Below are positions 19,980 through 29,907 of a DNA stretch of 64,000 nucleotides, piece by piece. The notes beneath the pieces were generated by a model. The model ran no database searches and was not told the origin of the DNA. It saw only the letters and a list, made by a program, of their open reading frames with translations. The position numbers were made by a program, and so were the translations under genes. The stretch is from a candidate division WS6 bacterium GW2011_GWF2_39_15. GTDB lineage: Bacteria > Patescibacteriota > Dojkabacteria > SC72. Position 1 is the first letter of the stretch; every line of letters begins with the position of its first letter. The stretch is taken from positions 300,208-364,207 of the forward strand of contig LBWK01000001.1 in NCBI GenBank assembly GCA_000993565.1. Reading direction: 5' to 3'.

Positions 19980-22832
19980 CTATCTTTTGAAAACCAATCC
20001 CCAAATCCAAAAAGCAAGATACACTAAATATATCCATAACGTAGCAAACAAACCGATCATATAGATAATTTGTGGTATATACACGATTATCAGTGAATCA
20101 TAACTCTCTATATTCTTTACATACCATCCGTTTGCATAGTCGTAAGTTGTAAGTTCCTGGCTACTTAGATCTGTCACAGTTTTATTATTTCTGATACCAA
20201 TAAGTCTCCATTGGGCGTTTTTATTCTGATTAAGCGACACTACATAATTACCGACAGCATCTTTACTCCAACTTACCTGTGAACCCCAAACATAATTTTT
20301 TATCGTAAGATCTAAATTCTTCCCTCTATCAAGATTGATTCCATCTACAACCTGACCAGAGTATGATAGGGGAAGAGTAACGAATCTCACTTCTTTAATA
20401 TCAATTGAAAAAATCTTTTCTTTCTCATCATTCAAATACAGGTAAAGAGACATATCATTTTTATCCTTATACCTGTCGATATTCTTTAGATATACATAGT
20501 CAGTTACATAACCGAAAGATTCTTCACGTCTCGTAATAATCCCGTCACTCTGAGAATCTTCCCCCAATACTCCTGAGAAATAGCAGAAATTATCTTTAAG
20601 CCCAAAGATACAATACCGAATACTCTGGGTAGAATTATTCGAATAGGTTACCTTCAATATTCCTCCCTTACCTATATTACTATTCATCACAGGTTCAAAC
20701 ATACATGTCCTTTGTCCAGCAGATGTAATTCTGATACCTGAGCTCTTTTTTAGCTTTGTTATTTGAATTTCCGATGGTTCTGTATCCTCAGGATCACATG
20801 TATATCGGGAACCGTTATTCCAAACTCCGTTATTAAAGTTGTAATTTGAGATCAGATCATAATGCCCAGACTTTAAATCCAGGCTTTGGGATTCATCTTC
20901 ATTATTGATATAGAGGGAGTCTCCGACTATCGAGAACCCATTGTTCTTCGGCTCTTTGCCACATATAGATGAGTTAGGGAAATATTTGTCAACCGGGAGA
21001 CCAACTCTACACTCATTACTCCCATAGATAATTTTTGAACTAACCTGGATACTATCTTTAGAATGATCATTACATGTATTGCGATATAGAGATAATTGCC
21101 CATATTCGCTCACAAGGTTCCAGCAATCGAAATTGCTAATCAATGCCTTAAATTCATTTAACCGAACTTTAGAGCCGTCACCAGGAAGGTCTATGAAATC
21201 ATTTCGAAGAAGAATCCAATTTGTTTGCGTTCTAAATAAAAAATCATTGAGGGTGGTTGCATTTGGTTCCTGTAAGCTATTCAAAATACTGACAGTTTTG
21301 TTTCCCTGTATCTGATTGTAATACCCGTCTATGTAGTCGACATCTGCAAGTCTATGCATAATATCAGGGCCGGCATAACCCCAATCATAGTATGTATACC
21401 CATAGATATGTTTTGATAAAGGTAGAGGAAGAACTTTTTGCCCTTTGGCATTTTCATTTAAATACTCTGCCATTTCCAGATAGCCATAAGTAATTGGGCT
21501 TATCCAAGCTTCATTAATCGCCCTCCCAGGTATAACATATAGCAAAATCCCAAAGATAAATAAGAAGAAAACTATCTGTACTCTGGTAAATGTATAAACA
21601 AACTTCTCTGAAGTGAACTTGAAAAGCTGCTTGATCTCCAATTTCTGGTTAAACAACAATGCCAGCAAAAGAGACCCAATAAAGAAATACGGCATAGACC
21701 AATATGTCCAGCTGTCCCGGAATAAATCTGAGTATAATGGGATCTTTGATAAAGTTTCTGCAAATATACTGCCAAACGGAGAACCGAATCCATTTGCTAA
21801 AATACCAAAGATTATAAAAATAAATAACAACACCCAACGCTTTTTAAGATTAATCAATCCTGAGATGATCATACAGATGATAGGTACTAACCCTAGTGTC
21901 AGCATGGCTGACTTGGATATATTCCCTAGAATCGGGAAATTATGATCGCCTGGATTAATGGAACTTAAACCATGAGTCCAGGCATATGAGCCAAACCCAG
22001 CCATCGTTTCGACAAGCTTATAATCCTTTGAAAATAGTGTCGCATCATTTCTATAGTATTCCAGTAGACTATTCTGTGCGATATCCGAGTAGTTCAGACG
22101 AGAACCAAAGTAGGAGAGAAAGACCACAGTGTTCAAGAAAAGCGCAACGATAACTATTAAACATACTTCTCTAAGCCGAATTCTGATCGAGATCAGATCC
22201 ATTTTCCCTAATACTAGTACAATAGCTGGGACAAGAATCCAATAAATAAGATATATATTTGCAGTTCGCGATATCGACATCATAACCAAAGCAAATATCC
22301 CAGCTCCAAGATAGGGATTAATCGTTTTATCAAAAGTACGAGCTAGAATATAAACCAGAAGGGGTAAGGAAGCATATGCATATAGGAGATGGGGTTGTGG
22401 AAATTGAAAGCGGAGAAACACATAAACATTGAGCATAAAAAATAAACTCCCAACCCACATTGCAAGTTTGCCAAATTTCAAATAACGAAGAAGCATGAAC
22501 ATAAAGATTCCTGCAAAAGCTCTTAAAACCGTGAAGTATAGGAAGTTGGTTAAAGTTATTGACCTAACAAGCATCTGAATAATTAGCTGAGGGAGAAGAA
22601 GAAATAGTTTACTTACTGCGAAGAACTCCGGAACTCCCAGCGCTTCTCCTGACCATACATAAAGACTTCTTTTAATTTCCAAACCTATATTTATCGGATA
22701 GTCGATATCGCCACCATTTATAAGTTGACCCCACTGTCCTTTGTATGCAATTAAATGAATCGCTAGGCTTATACCTAAAAAAACGGCTAAAGGAGCGAAT
22801 TTCTTTAGCAGATTCAAGATCTTTCTTTTCAT
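19980..22832 (-). CDS. large polytopic membrane protein, GT-C-like (AftD/YfhO/DUF3367-like) glycosyltransferase candidate with a ~450-aa extracytoplasmic C-terminal domain
   Basis: About 12 or more TM helices in the N-terminal 520 aa. N-terminus paralogous to the 24829..26469 product. The start is more likely the internal MKRKILNLL (22832) than the ORF-track start at 23000. Confidence 0.5.
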   Translation of the reverse strand: MKRKILNLLKKFAPLAVFLGISLAIHLIAYKGQWGQLINGGDIDYPINIGLEIKRSLYVWSGEALGVPEFFAVSKLFLLLPQLIIQMLVRSITLTNFLYFTVLRAFAGIFMFMLLRYLKFGKLAMWVGSLFFMLNVYVFLRFQFPQPHLLYAYASLPLLVYILARTFDKTINPYLGAGIFALVMMSISRTANIYLIYWILVPAIVLVLGKMDLISIRIRLREVCLIVIVALFLNTVVFLSYFGSRLNYSDIAQNSLLEYYRNDATLFSKDYKLVETMAGFGSYAWTHGLSSINPGDHNFPILGNISKSAMLTLGLVPIICMIISGLINLKKRWVLLFIFIIFGILANGFGSPFGSIFAETLSKIPLYSDLFRDSWTYWSMPYFFIGSLLLALLFNQKLEIKQLFKFTSEKFVYTFTRVQIVFFLFIFGILLYVIPGRAINEAWISPITYGYLEMAEYLNENAKGQKVLPLPLSKHIYGYTYYDWGYAGPDIMHRLADVDYIDGYYNQIQGNKTVSILNSLQEPNATTLNDFLFRTQTNWILLRNDFIDLPGDGSKVRLNEFKALISNFDCWNLVSEYGQLSLYRNTCNDHSKDSIQVSSKIIYGSNECRVGLPVDKYFPNSSICGKEPKNNGFSIVGDSLYINNEDESQSLDLKSGHYDLISNYNFNNGVWNNGSRYTCDPEDTEPSEIQITKLKKSSGIRITSAGQRTCMFEPVMNSNIGKGGILKVTYSNNSTQSIRYCIFGLKDNFCYFSGVLGEDSQSDGIITRREESFGYVTDYVYLKNIDRYKDKNDMSLYLYLNDEKEKIFSIDIKEVRFVTLPLSYSGQVVDGINLDRGKNLDLTIKNYVWGSQVSWSKDAVGNYVVSLNQNKNAQWRLIGIRNNKTVTDLSSQELTTYDYANGWYVKNIESYDSLIIVYIPQIIYMIGLFATLWIYLVYLAFWIWGLVFKR

Positions 22833-22867
22833 AGCTGTAATTATACGAAATAATGTATAATTTAACC

Positions 22868-24037
22868 ATGAAAATACTTCTAGCTGTCCCAGAATATCCT
22901 CCACATCATATTGGAGGTGGTGGTGAAGTTTACAAACAGCTTGCAACAAACTATCAGCGATTAGGGCATGAGGTAACTGTTTTATATGGATATTATCCAA
23001 ATAGGGGATTAAATTCCAAAATTAAGAGCTACAAGAAAGATAATATAATCTTCTATGAGGTCCCGGAGCTACCATACCCTAAGTCGAAACCATTTCTCAG
23101 AACCGCAATGCCAGCTACCATGAAAGCAAAAAAAGAGCTTCAGGACATTATTAGTTCTGACATTTTTGATGTCGCACACCTTCACGGATATGGTTGGCCT
23201 TTAATAAACACAATTGCAGGGCTTTGTATGAAATTTAATATTCCTTATATTTACACATTACATGGATACCCTGAGAGCCAGAATTCTTCCCCAATTTTAA
23301 GACTTATATGGAATAACTTCATATTACCAACCCAAAATAGATCCCTAAGTCAAGCCCATTCACTAACGGCAATCTCCGACTATGTGGCAAAGGATCCAAG
23401 GAACACTCAACTTAGCAAGACTCATACAATATTCAACGGAATCAATTACAGTTCATTTAGAGAGATCGCAAATGAGGTAGATATAAAGACGGAAAACAAC
23501 ATTTCAGATGATGACTTATTCATATATTCAATAGGTAGGTTGGCAGAAATGAAAGGCTTCCAGAATATCGTTAAGTTGATACCTCAGATAAATAAGCAGG
23601 GAATGAAAGTAAAATACTTAATCGCCGGTGATGATGATGGATATATGAAAGAATTGGAAAAGCTAGTTTCAAACTTAAGGTTAGAGGATCAAGTTAAGCT
23701 TGTAGGTTTTCATGGTGATGATACTAAAAAAATGTTCATAAAACAGTGTAATATATACGCAGTTCCATCGTTATGGGAACCATTTGGTTTAACCGTTCTT
23801 GAAGGAATGGTATTTGAGAAACTGATACTAACAACCGAGGCCGGAGGGATTAAGGAAGTTTTGGAGGGATATAGCAACAAGATTAATATGGATGATAAAG
23901 ATCTGATAAATAAAATCATCAGTAGAAAGCAAAATAGAAGCGAAATGGATTGGAATAGATTTAATTGGGAAACAATATCCAAGAATTATCTTAGTCTTTT
24001 AGAAGAAGCCGCTATTCATACAAAGAGATTAGCCTGA
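22868..24037 (+). CDS. glycosyltransferase family 4 (GT-B, GT1/GT4)
   Basis: N-terminal HIGGGGEVY and C-terminal VPSLWEPFGLTVLEGM (an EX7E-type motif). Confidence 0.75.
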   Translation: MKILLAVPEYPPHHIGGGGEVYKQLATNYQRLGHEVTVLYGYYPNRGLNSKIKSYKKDNIIFYEVPELPYPKSKPFLRTAMPATMKAKKELQDIISSDIFDVAHLHGYGWPLINTIAGLCMKFNIPYIYTLHGYPESQNSSPILRLIWNNFILPTQNRSLSQAHSLTAISDYVAKDPRNTQLSKTHTIFNGINYSSFREIANEVDIKTENNISDDDLFIYSIGRLAEMKGFQNIVKLIPQINKQGMKVKYLIAGDDDGYMKELEKLVSNLRLEDQVKLVGFHGDDTKKMFIKQCNIYAVPSLWEPFGLTVLEGMVFEKLILTTEAGGIKEVLEGYSNKINMDDKDLINKIISRKQNRSEMDWNRFNWETISKNYLSLLEEAAIHTKRLA

Positions 24038-24339
24038 ACGATTTAGCACGACTTAGTGATATTAAAGGTTAAATAGAGTCACATCTCATATTTACTCGAA
24101 GCGAGTAATAGCCTATAATATTTATCTTTTCCTCCATTTTTAGTATAATATATTGTCTAAATAATACATTTAGAAATACTGCTCTTTACAAATATATTTC
24201 TTAAATGCAGGGAGTCATCAAGTAATGATTTATATCGTTATTTGAATATCTCCTTGCTATTCCTCCTAAATGTCATAGTTTGACGATTAGAGCAATACTT
24301 TATTGTTGTAATCGTCAGATTTTGACTATGGAGGTAGTC

Positions 24340-24711
24340 ATGAAAAAAATGATTGAAAAAGTAAAAGCAGCACTGGCCTTGAAAAGTGAAAAAAGGAAAG
24401 CACGATTCTATCTGATCATGCTGGAAATCCTTTTTCTCACAATCATAACACAGGTTCATGGAAATCCTATGAGCCAGTTTCTTGCCGGAAGTGCTGGAGT
24501 GATTGGTTTCTTCGGATATCAGGCACTCATCAGAGGGTTTCGCTCCGAATGGGCTGTATTTGCAGGCTTACTAATGGGAGTTTCAATTTCCCCTCTTAGT
24601 ATGATCATTGCATACAGTTTATTACATTTGGAGGTTACCCAATCATTTACGCTGAGCATGGTAGCATGGTGGTTTATACCATTCATTTCTACCTTGCTCA
24701 ATGAAAGCTGA
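24340..24711 (+). CDS. small polytopic membrane protein
   Basis: SD ggaggt is followed by the ATG at 24340; four hydrophobic helices. A 9-bp inverted repeat (tgacgatta/taatcgtca) lies upstream at ~24278-24320. Confidence 0.4.
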   Translation: MKKMIEKVKAALALKSEKRKARFYLIMLEILFLTIITQVHGNPMSQFLAGSAGVIGFFGYQALIRGFRSEWAVFAGLLMGVSISPLSMIIAYSLLHLEVTQSFTLSMVAWWFIPFISTLLNES

Positions 24712-24714
24712 GGA

Positions 24715-24770
24715 GATAACCGCCCAAGCACGTGAGTGCGTCAAAAACATCTGACGCACTCACGGTTATC
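24715..24770 (+). terminator. GC-rich stem-loop directly after the stop codon (intrinsic terminator-like)
   Basis: gataaccg-cccaagcacgtgagtgcgtca-aaaacatc-tgacgcactcacg-gttatc, a 13-bp inner stem, followed by a T-rich tract. Confidence 0.5.
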
Positions 24771-24828
24771 TATGTATTTAAGAAATATATATTCTCTATC
24801 CAATTATCTTAGAAAAATTGGATAATTT

Positions 24829-26469
24829 GTGAGATACTCTTCTTATATGAAAATCCTAACCTGGTTTAAATCACATTACTATATTATTCTTCCAATCCTT
24901 CTCCTCTCAGTAATCTCTTTAATGAATTTCCATTCCAATCAATTTATAATGGGATTGGATAATATATCTCCATACTTTAATTCAAGAGCAGTGCTAGATA
25001 AGCTATTTGGAAGTGAAACTGGTGCTGTATTCGCGAACCTCCCCTTTCTATTTACACTCCCTATATTTGAACTTCTTAAACTCATTTCAATTCCCATATG
25101 GGCAATCAATCAGCTGTATTTGATGTTCGGACTTTGGATGGGAGTATTAGGAACGGGATACCTCGTATACAGAATCACAAAGTCTAAAAAAGGCTTTCTG
25201 TTTGGATCAGTACTATCTTTGGCAAACCTTGCAACTTTCTGGATCTTTAATCAGCCTAACTACTTCTTTGTAGCCGCATTTGCATCTATACCATGGTTAA
25301 TGGAGTGGGGGATAGGAAAGCCAGAGAAAAACCTTGTCTTAACAATAATCAGGATCACCGCCGTTATACTATTCTTCCAGACGACAATGAATCTAGTGGT
25401 CTTCATCTCATACCTCTTTGCAATTCTTCTAATACAATTTGCTATAAACACTAGCAGAGTGGAATGGAAGAGTAATTTAATAACTCAGACAAAAAGGCTG
25501 GGAATTATTCTATTAATACTTTTAATTGTATGGCAAGCAGGAATATTTCTGACAGGAAAATCCGATTTTGTTGTTTCTAAATTAGTAACATACTACTCAA
25601 GTATCAAAGAGAACCCTCTAACAAAAGCCATTACTAAAGATCTTCAGGCATCAGGAATAATTAATAACAATATTGTCAATAATATTGTTTTCAAAAACTC
25701 ATGGGTTGAAACTCATACAACGGAGGGCATCAGACTATTTCAAAGCTATGATTACTACTCAGGTCCTATATTCCTAATTGGACTTATACCGTTCGTACTA
25801 GCCCTTTCGACCCTTTTCAATAGTGATCGACAAAAGAAAATTCCTTTACACTTTGCTCTCATAGTGGGACTCATACTAATGAGCAGTATTATGTTGAAGG
25901 CAACTCAAGGGGTACCAGTATTAAGTGAGGCTTTCAGGTGGAGTGCAAGTAAGTTCTGGCCCCTTATTATCTTTCCGATTATCCTCCTCGCTACAGACTC
26001 TCTAGTCACGTTAAAAAGGCCTTTGATAACCGGGATCGTCTTCGGTCTGCTCCTCATTTATATCCTCCCAATGTTTACGGGTAATCTCTTTTCCAAAGAA
26101 CTTGTAACAAAGCTACCTGGCGAGTATTTCAAACTGGATAACAATATTAAAAGTGAAACTCTCTATTACTATCTTCCTGCTCCTCAGGATCTATATTTTT
26201 ATACATACAAATTCGGATATTTTGGTTCCGATTTTGTTTCGTATATGACAAAAGGAGACACTCAAAAAACCGGGATTCTCTCATACTTCAATAATGTTGA
26301 GAGGTACAAGAGTATTAGTAAATCCCTCGTAAACTGTGAGTCGAAAATTGAGAATATTAAGATAATCTGGGATTCAAATGTAGAGACAGGGAGTAATATA
26401 ATTAAAAATTGTTTGGACAGCAAATATAATCTAACTTCAAAAGACAGGGGATTATATATATATGAGTAA
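24829..26469 (+). CDS. polytopic membrane protein, paralog of the N-terminal domain of the 19980..22832 product (GT-C-like candidate)
   Basis: Collinear similarity at the N-terminus (NISPYFNSRAVLDKLFG vs DIDYPINIGLEIKRSLY, etc.); at least 10 TM helices. Confidence 0.5.
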   Translation: MRYSSYMKILTWFKSHYYIILPILLLSVISLMNFHSNQFIMGLDNISPYFNSRAVLDKLFGSETGAVFANLPFLFTLPIFELLKLISIPIWAINQLYLMFGLWMGVLGTGYLVYRITKSKKGFLFGSVLSLANLATFWIFNQPNYFFVAAFASIPWLMEWGIGKPEKNLVLTIIRITAVILFFQTTMNLVVFISYLFAILLIQFAINTSRVEWKSNLITQTKRLGIILLILLIVWQAGIFLTGKSDFVVSKLVTYYSSIKENPLTKAITKDLQASGIINNNIVNNIVFKNSWVETHTTEGIRLFQSYDYYSGPIFLIGLIPFVLALSTLFNSDRQKKIPLHFALIVGLILMSSIMLKATQGVPVLSEAFRWSASKFWPLIIFPIILLATDSLVTLKRPLITGIVFGLLLIYILPMFTGNLFSKELVTKLPGEYFKLDNNIKSETLYYYLPAPQDLYFYTYKFGYFGSDFVSYMTKGDTQKTGILSYFNNVERYKSISKSLVNCESKIENIKIIWDSNVETGSNIIKNCLDSKYNLTSKDRGLYIYE

Positions 26470-27691
26470 AGACACAGTACTGGTAATAACCTCATATCCT
26501 TCTAAAGATACTAAACATGATAAAGGAGTGAGCGGACTGGCCTCATTTGCAAAAAACACTGTAGAGTCTATACCTAAAGATAATATTAATATAATTGTTC
26601 TTGCGGAAAAGAAAGACAAGTTTGATGTGTACAAAGAGGGTGATGTACTAGTTAAAAGAATATGGCAGAGAAATACCCTCAGATTATATTTCCAGCTTTT
26701 CAAACAGGCTTGGATCTACAGGAAGGTGTCAAATAAAATACTTCTGGAGTTTGAATACTCTGTCTACGGATCAAACTTTGTAACCGGATTTATGCCAATA
26801 TTCATCATTGCCGCACGAGTACTTGGGTACAAGACGGTATCGGTTATGCACCAGGTCATTAGAAGTAGGGAAATTCTTTCACAAAACTTAGGTCTTGCTC
26901 AAAGAAGTTTTAAGCTGCATATTGTCTACTTTCTGACCCAAATATTTACACGTTTCTTCACATTCGTTTCTTCTCATATTGTGGTGCTTGATGAAGTACA
27001 CAAGCAAAATTTGAAAGATATTACAAACATCAAAAAGGTAACAGTCATACCACACGGAGTAGAGCAGAGAGACGTAGTACAAAAAGAGACTGGAAAGAAA
27101 ATCAACCTTTTATATTTTGGATTCCTTGCTTGGTATAAAGGGGCAGACTGGTTAATAGATTCTTATCTGGAATTCTCTAAACATAACCCGGAACTGGCTG
27201 ATAAATTCCACATAACTATGGCAGGAGGTGAGAGCCCTACACAGTCGGTAAATCCTAAATATAGGGAATATTATGACGGTATGGTAAGGAAGGCCAACGA
27301 GAATAAGAATATAACCATAACAGGGTTTGTTAAGGAAGAGGACTTCGACACTATCTTTGGTAATGCAGATATTCAGATATTGCCTTATAGGGCCATTATG
27401 TCCTCCAGTGGGCCACTGTCATGGGCTTTTACTTATGAAAAACCTGTTTTGTTGTCTAATATTCTAAGCCCTTATCTCGAAACTGAAGATATAAAGGAAG
27501 TTCTAAATGAACTTAAAATAAGCAGCAACCAATTTACTTTCAATTTGGATAAGCCCTTTAAACTTTTTGAAAGACTTCTAGAAATGCCAAAGCCAGATTT
27601 AAACAGATTAAGTGAATTTTCAAGAGAGGTTAAAGGTAAGCGCAATTGGAAATGGCTTGGGGAGAAGTATCTGTCTATTATATTAAGCTAA
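26462..27691 (+). CDS. glycosyltransferase family 4-like (GT-B)
   Basis: Overlaps the upstream gene by 8 nt. C-terminal ILPYRAIMSSSGPLSWAFTYEKPVLLSN resembles the GT4 donor-binding region. Confidence 0.55.
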   Translation: MSKDTVLVITSYPSKDTKHDKGVSGLASFAKNTVESIPKDNINIIVLAEKKDKFDVYKEGDVLVKRIWQRNTLRLYFQLFKQAWIYRKVSNKILLEFEYSVYGSNFVTGFMPIFIIAARVLGYKTVSVMHQVIRSREILSQNLGLAQRSFKLHIVYFLTQIFTRFFTFVSSHIVVLDEVHKQNLKDITNIKKVTVIPHGVEQRDVVQKETGKKINLLYFGFLAWYKGADWLIDSYLEFSKHNPELADKFHITMAGGESPTQSVNPKYREYYDGMVRKANENKNITITGFVKEEDFDTIFGNADIQILPYRAIMSSSGPLSWAFTYEKPVLLSNILSPYLETEDIKEVLNELKISSNQFTFNLDKPFKLFERLLEMPKPDLNRLSEFSREVKGKRNWKWLGEKYLSIILS

Positions 27692-27701
27692 TACAAAGCC
27701 T

Positions 27702-28481
27702 TTAAATCTTATTGTAGTAAATATCAACCTTCTGACGAATCTCATCTTCAGTGAATCTTCCTGTTAACCGTAAAAGGTTTTCAATAACAGATTTGTCAAC
27801 GCCGGACTTTCTCATCCATTTAAAATGATATCCCACAGAGTCAATACTTTGTCTATTGTAACCCTCAACTAATGGTCTCCACACATTATTCATCATCTCT
27901 AAAAGTAGATCCCTATTCATTCGTTCAGGAAAGATACTACGAATACAAACGGCTAGACCTTTAACTAATTCAACTGTTCTAATATCTGAAAGGGTAATGT
28001 AAAATAGCCCGCCATTTGACTCTCGGATACCATGTTCACGACTCAATACATCGTAACGCTGAACAGCAGATACTTCTCTAAACACAACTTCTGCATCCTC
28101 ATTAGGATAAAGCACTACAGAGGTTGTCACATGGGCAATTAATTGCTGCAAAGAAGTTAATACCCGACCATGTATTCGAGCCTCTTCATTTGGGACAGTT
28201 TTCCTCTGGTGTACATATGAAGAAGCAGAAACTATATCTGTCTTGACTACGTTACTCACAGTATACTCCCCTGACTGCTCCATAAAGTACCTTCTAGCTT
28301 GCTCCAGGCTCTGCATAAATGAGACATATTCATCAAAAGTCATGCCTTCCTTAATATTTTCGTAAAATGCTCTCTCTCCTCCTGTTGGAGAGCCAGATCC
28401 TGGTCCTAAATCTGTAGCGACTCCATCAACAATTTCGCCACCATCCTGATCGCGTTTGGGAGTAATTGGGTAATTAGTCAT
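27702..28481 (-). CDS. hypothetical soluble protein co-transcribed with the GT2 gene
   Basis: 8-nt overlap with the 28474..29253 gene; no motifs recognised. Confidence 0.4.
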   Translation of the reverse strand: MTNYPITPKRDQDGGEIVDGVATDLGPGSGSPTGGERAFYENIKEGMTFDEYVSFMQSLEQARRYFMEQSGEYTVSNVVKTDIVSASSYVHQRKTVPNEEARIHGRVLTSLQQLIAHVTTSVVLYPNEDAEVVFREVSAVQRYDVLSREHGIRESNGGLFYITLSDIRTVELVKGLAVCIRSIFPERMNRDLLLEMMNNVWRPLVEGYNRQSIDSVGYHFKWMRKSGVDKSVIENLLRLTGRFTEDEIRQKVDIYYNKI

Positions 28482-29253
28482 TCTTCATACTATTTAAATT
28501 AGCTCTTGAATAATTATATCTGATTTTACTGAAACTCTTCTTTAACTGATACATCTTTAGCTTAGCAAGCTCCAAAGAAACCTCTTTAAAAGCCTTTCTG
28601 AAGTTCAGTTTGGACTCAGCTTTATATATCCATTTGATAGGGAACTCCCTTACTTTAAAACCATTAAACTTACTATCAATGAGTAAGTTTACATCAACCG
28701 TCCACTTATTGGCAACTAATATTTTCATCAGTTTCTTTGCTACATGTCTCTTCATTACCTTTACTGCACACTGAGTATCTGCAAACTTAAGTCCAAACAG
28801 AGTTCTTACTGCAACGTTAAACATTCTTGAAAGAACAAATCTGTAGACTGGCATATCACCGGATATTTCAGACTTTCTCATATATCTGCTACCCATTACC
28901 AGATCAAGCTCCGGATTCTTTTTAAGCATATTAAATCCTTTAACCAAGTCTTTTATTGAAGATGAACCGTCAGCATCCTGATATGCAACGTACTTTCCTT
29001 TACCAATTTTGACACCTCTGGCGATTGCACCACCTTTACCCGTATAACCCTTAATATTCATAACTTTTATGAATTCATAGCTCTTAGCTACCTCTTTGAC
29101 AACATCAACCGTATTGTCTGTGGAATTATTTACAACAACAATTACCTCACATTCAATACTGGACTTTGAGAAGTATTTCCCAAGTTCCATTAGAGTGGGT
29201 CTTATCCTCTTTTCTTCATTGTATGCCGGTATAATTACCGTTAAGTCTTTCAT
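28474..29253 (-). CDS. glycosyltransferase family 2 (dolichyl/polyprenyl-phosphate sugar transferase, DPM1-like)
   Basis: VIIPAYNEE...VVVNNSTDNT...DADGSS are GT2 DxD-type motifs. Confidence 0.8.
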   Translation of the reverse strand: MKDLTVIIPAYNEEKRIRPTLMELGKYFSKSSIECEVIVVVNNSTDNTVDVVKEVAKSYEFIKVMNIKGYTGKGGAIARGVKIGKGKYVAYQDADGSSSIKDLVKGFNMLKKNPELDLVMGSRYMRKSEISGDMPVYRFVLSRMFNVAVRTLFGLKFADTQCAVKVMKRHVAKKLMKILVANKWTVDVNLLIDSKFNGFKVREFPIKWIYKAESKLNFRKAFKEVSLELAKLKMYQLKKSFSKIRYNYSRANLNSMKND

Positions 29254-29414
29254 ATCATAAAGGCTTTATTTATACACTATATTATACCAAATTATCCCAT
29301 AGTATTCCATTCTCTATATTATAACCTTTGATAGGGGATTCTGAGTATTGACAACAATAATCATTCTGTTTACTATGGATAAGAAAGTAATTTATGGGAT
29401 ACTCATATAATTAA

Positions 29415-29906
29415 ATGGAACCTGCCCGACAAAATATCTCTCAGTTAATAGTAAATGATGATGTTACACAGACAAAGTTCAATCAATTTGCAAAGGAACT
29501 TCAGGATTTAGGAGCATCAGAGAAAGAGATTAAAGAGATAGCCATGGGAGTTGCAAAGACTGCATCTAATCAGACGACAGCAAAAATCAGCCTTTTAATG
29601 GACGATAGCGACTGGAGTAAATGGAAAGCCTTTGTAGATTCAACTCCAACACCAAATGTTGCACAACAACTCATTATCATGAACAAATTCCTTGAAGATA
29701 GGACAGGCAAGAGCCTAGAGACATTGCATCTTGAAATTCTTGATTCATTACTTAAAGATACTCTTGATCAGATTCAAAAGAGAAGGGATATGGCTATTAA
29801 AGTATCCAAACTTTCTGACGAACAGATAGATACCGTTAATGAAGCTCTTGATAATGAGGAGTTTGATAAAGCTGATGATATATTAAATTCTACAAGTACT
29901 AATTAA
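29415..29906 (+). CDS. small acidic helical protein preceding the giant protein gene (1-nt spacer)
   Basis: ORF; predicted all-helical and acidic; no family recognised. Confidence 0.4.
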   Translation: MEPARQNISQLIVNDDVTQTKFNQFAKELQDLGASEKEIKEIAMGVAKTASNQTTAKISLLMDDSDWSKWKAFVDSTPTPNVAQQLIIMNKFLEDRTGKSLETLHLEILDSLLKDTLDQIQKRRDMAIKVSKLSDEQIDTVNEALDNEEFDKADDILNSTSTN

Positions 29907-29907
29907 A

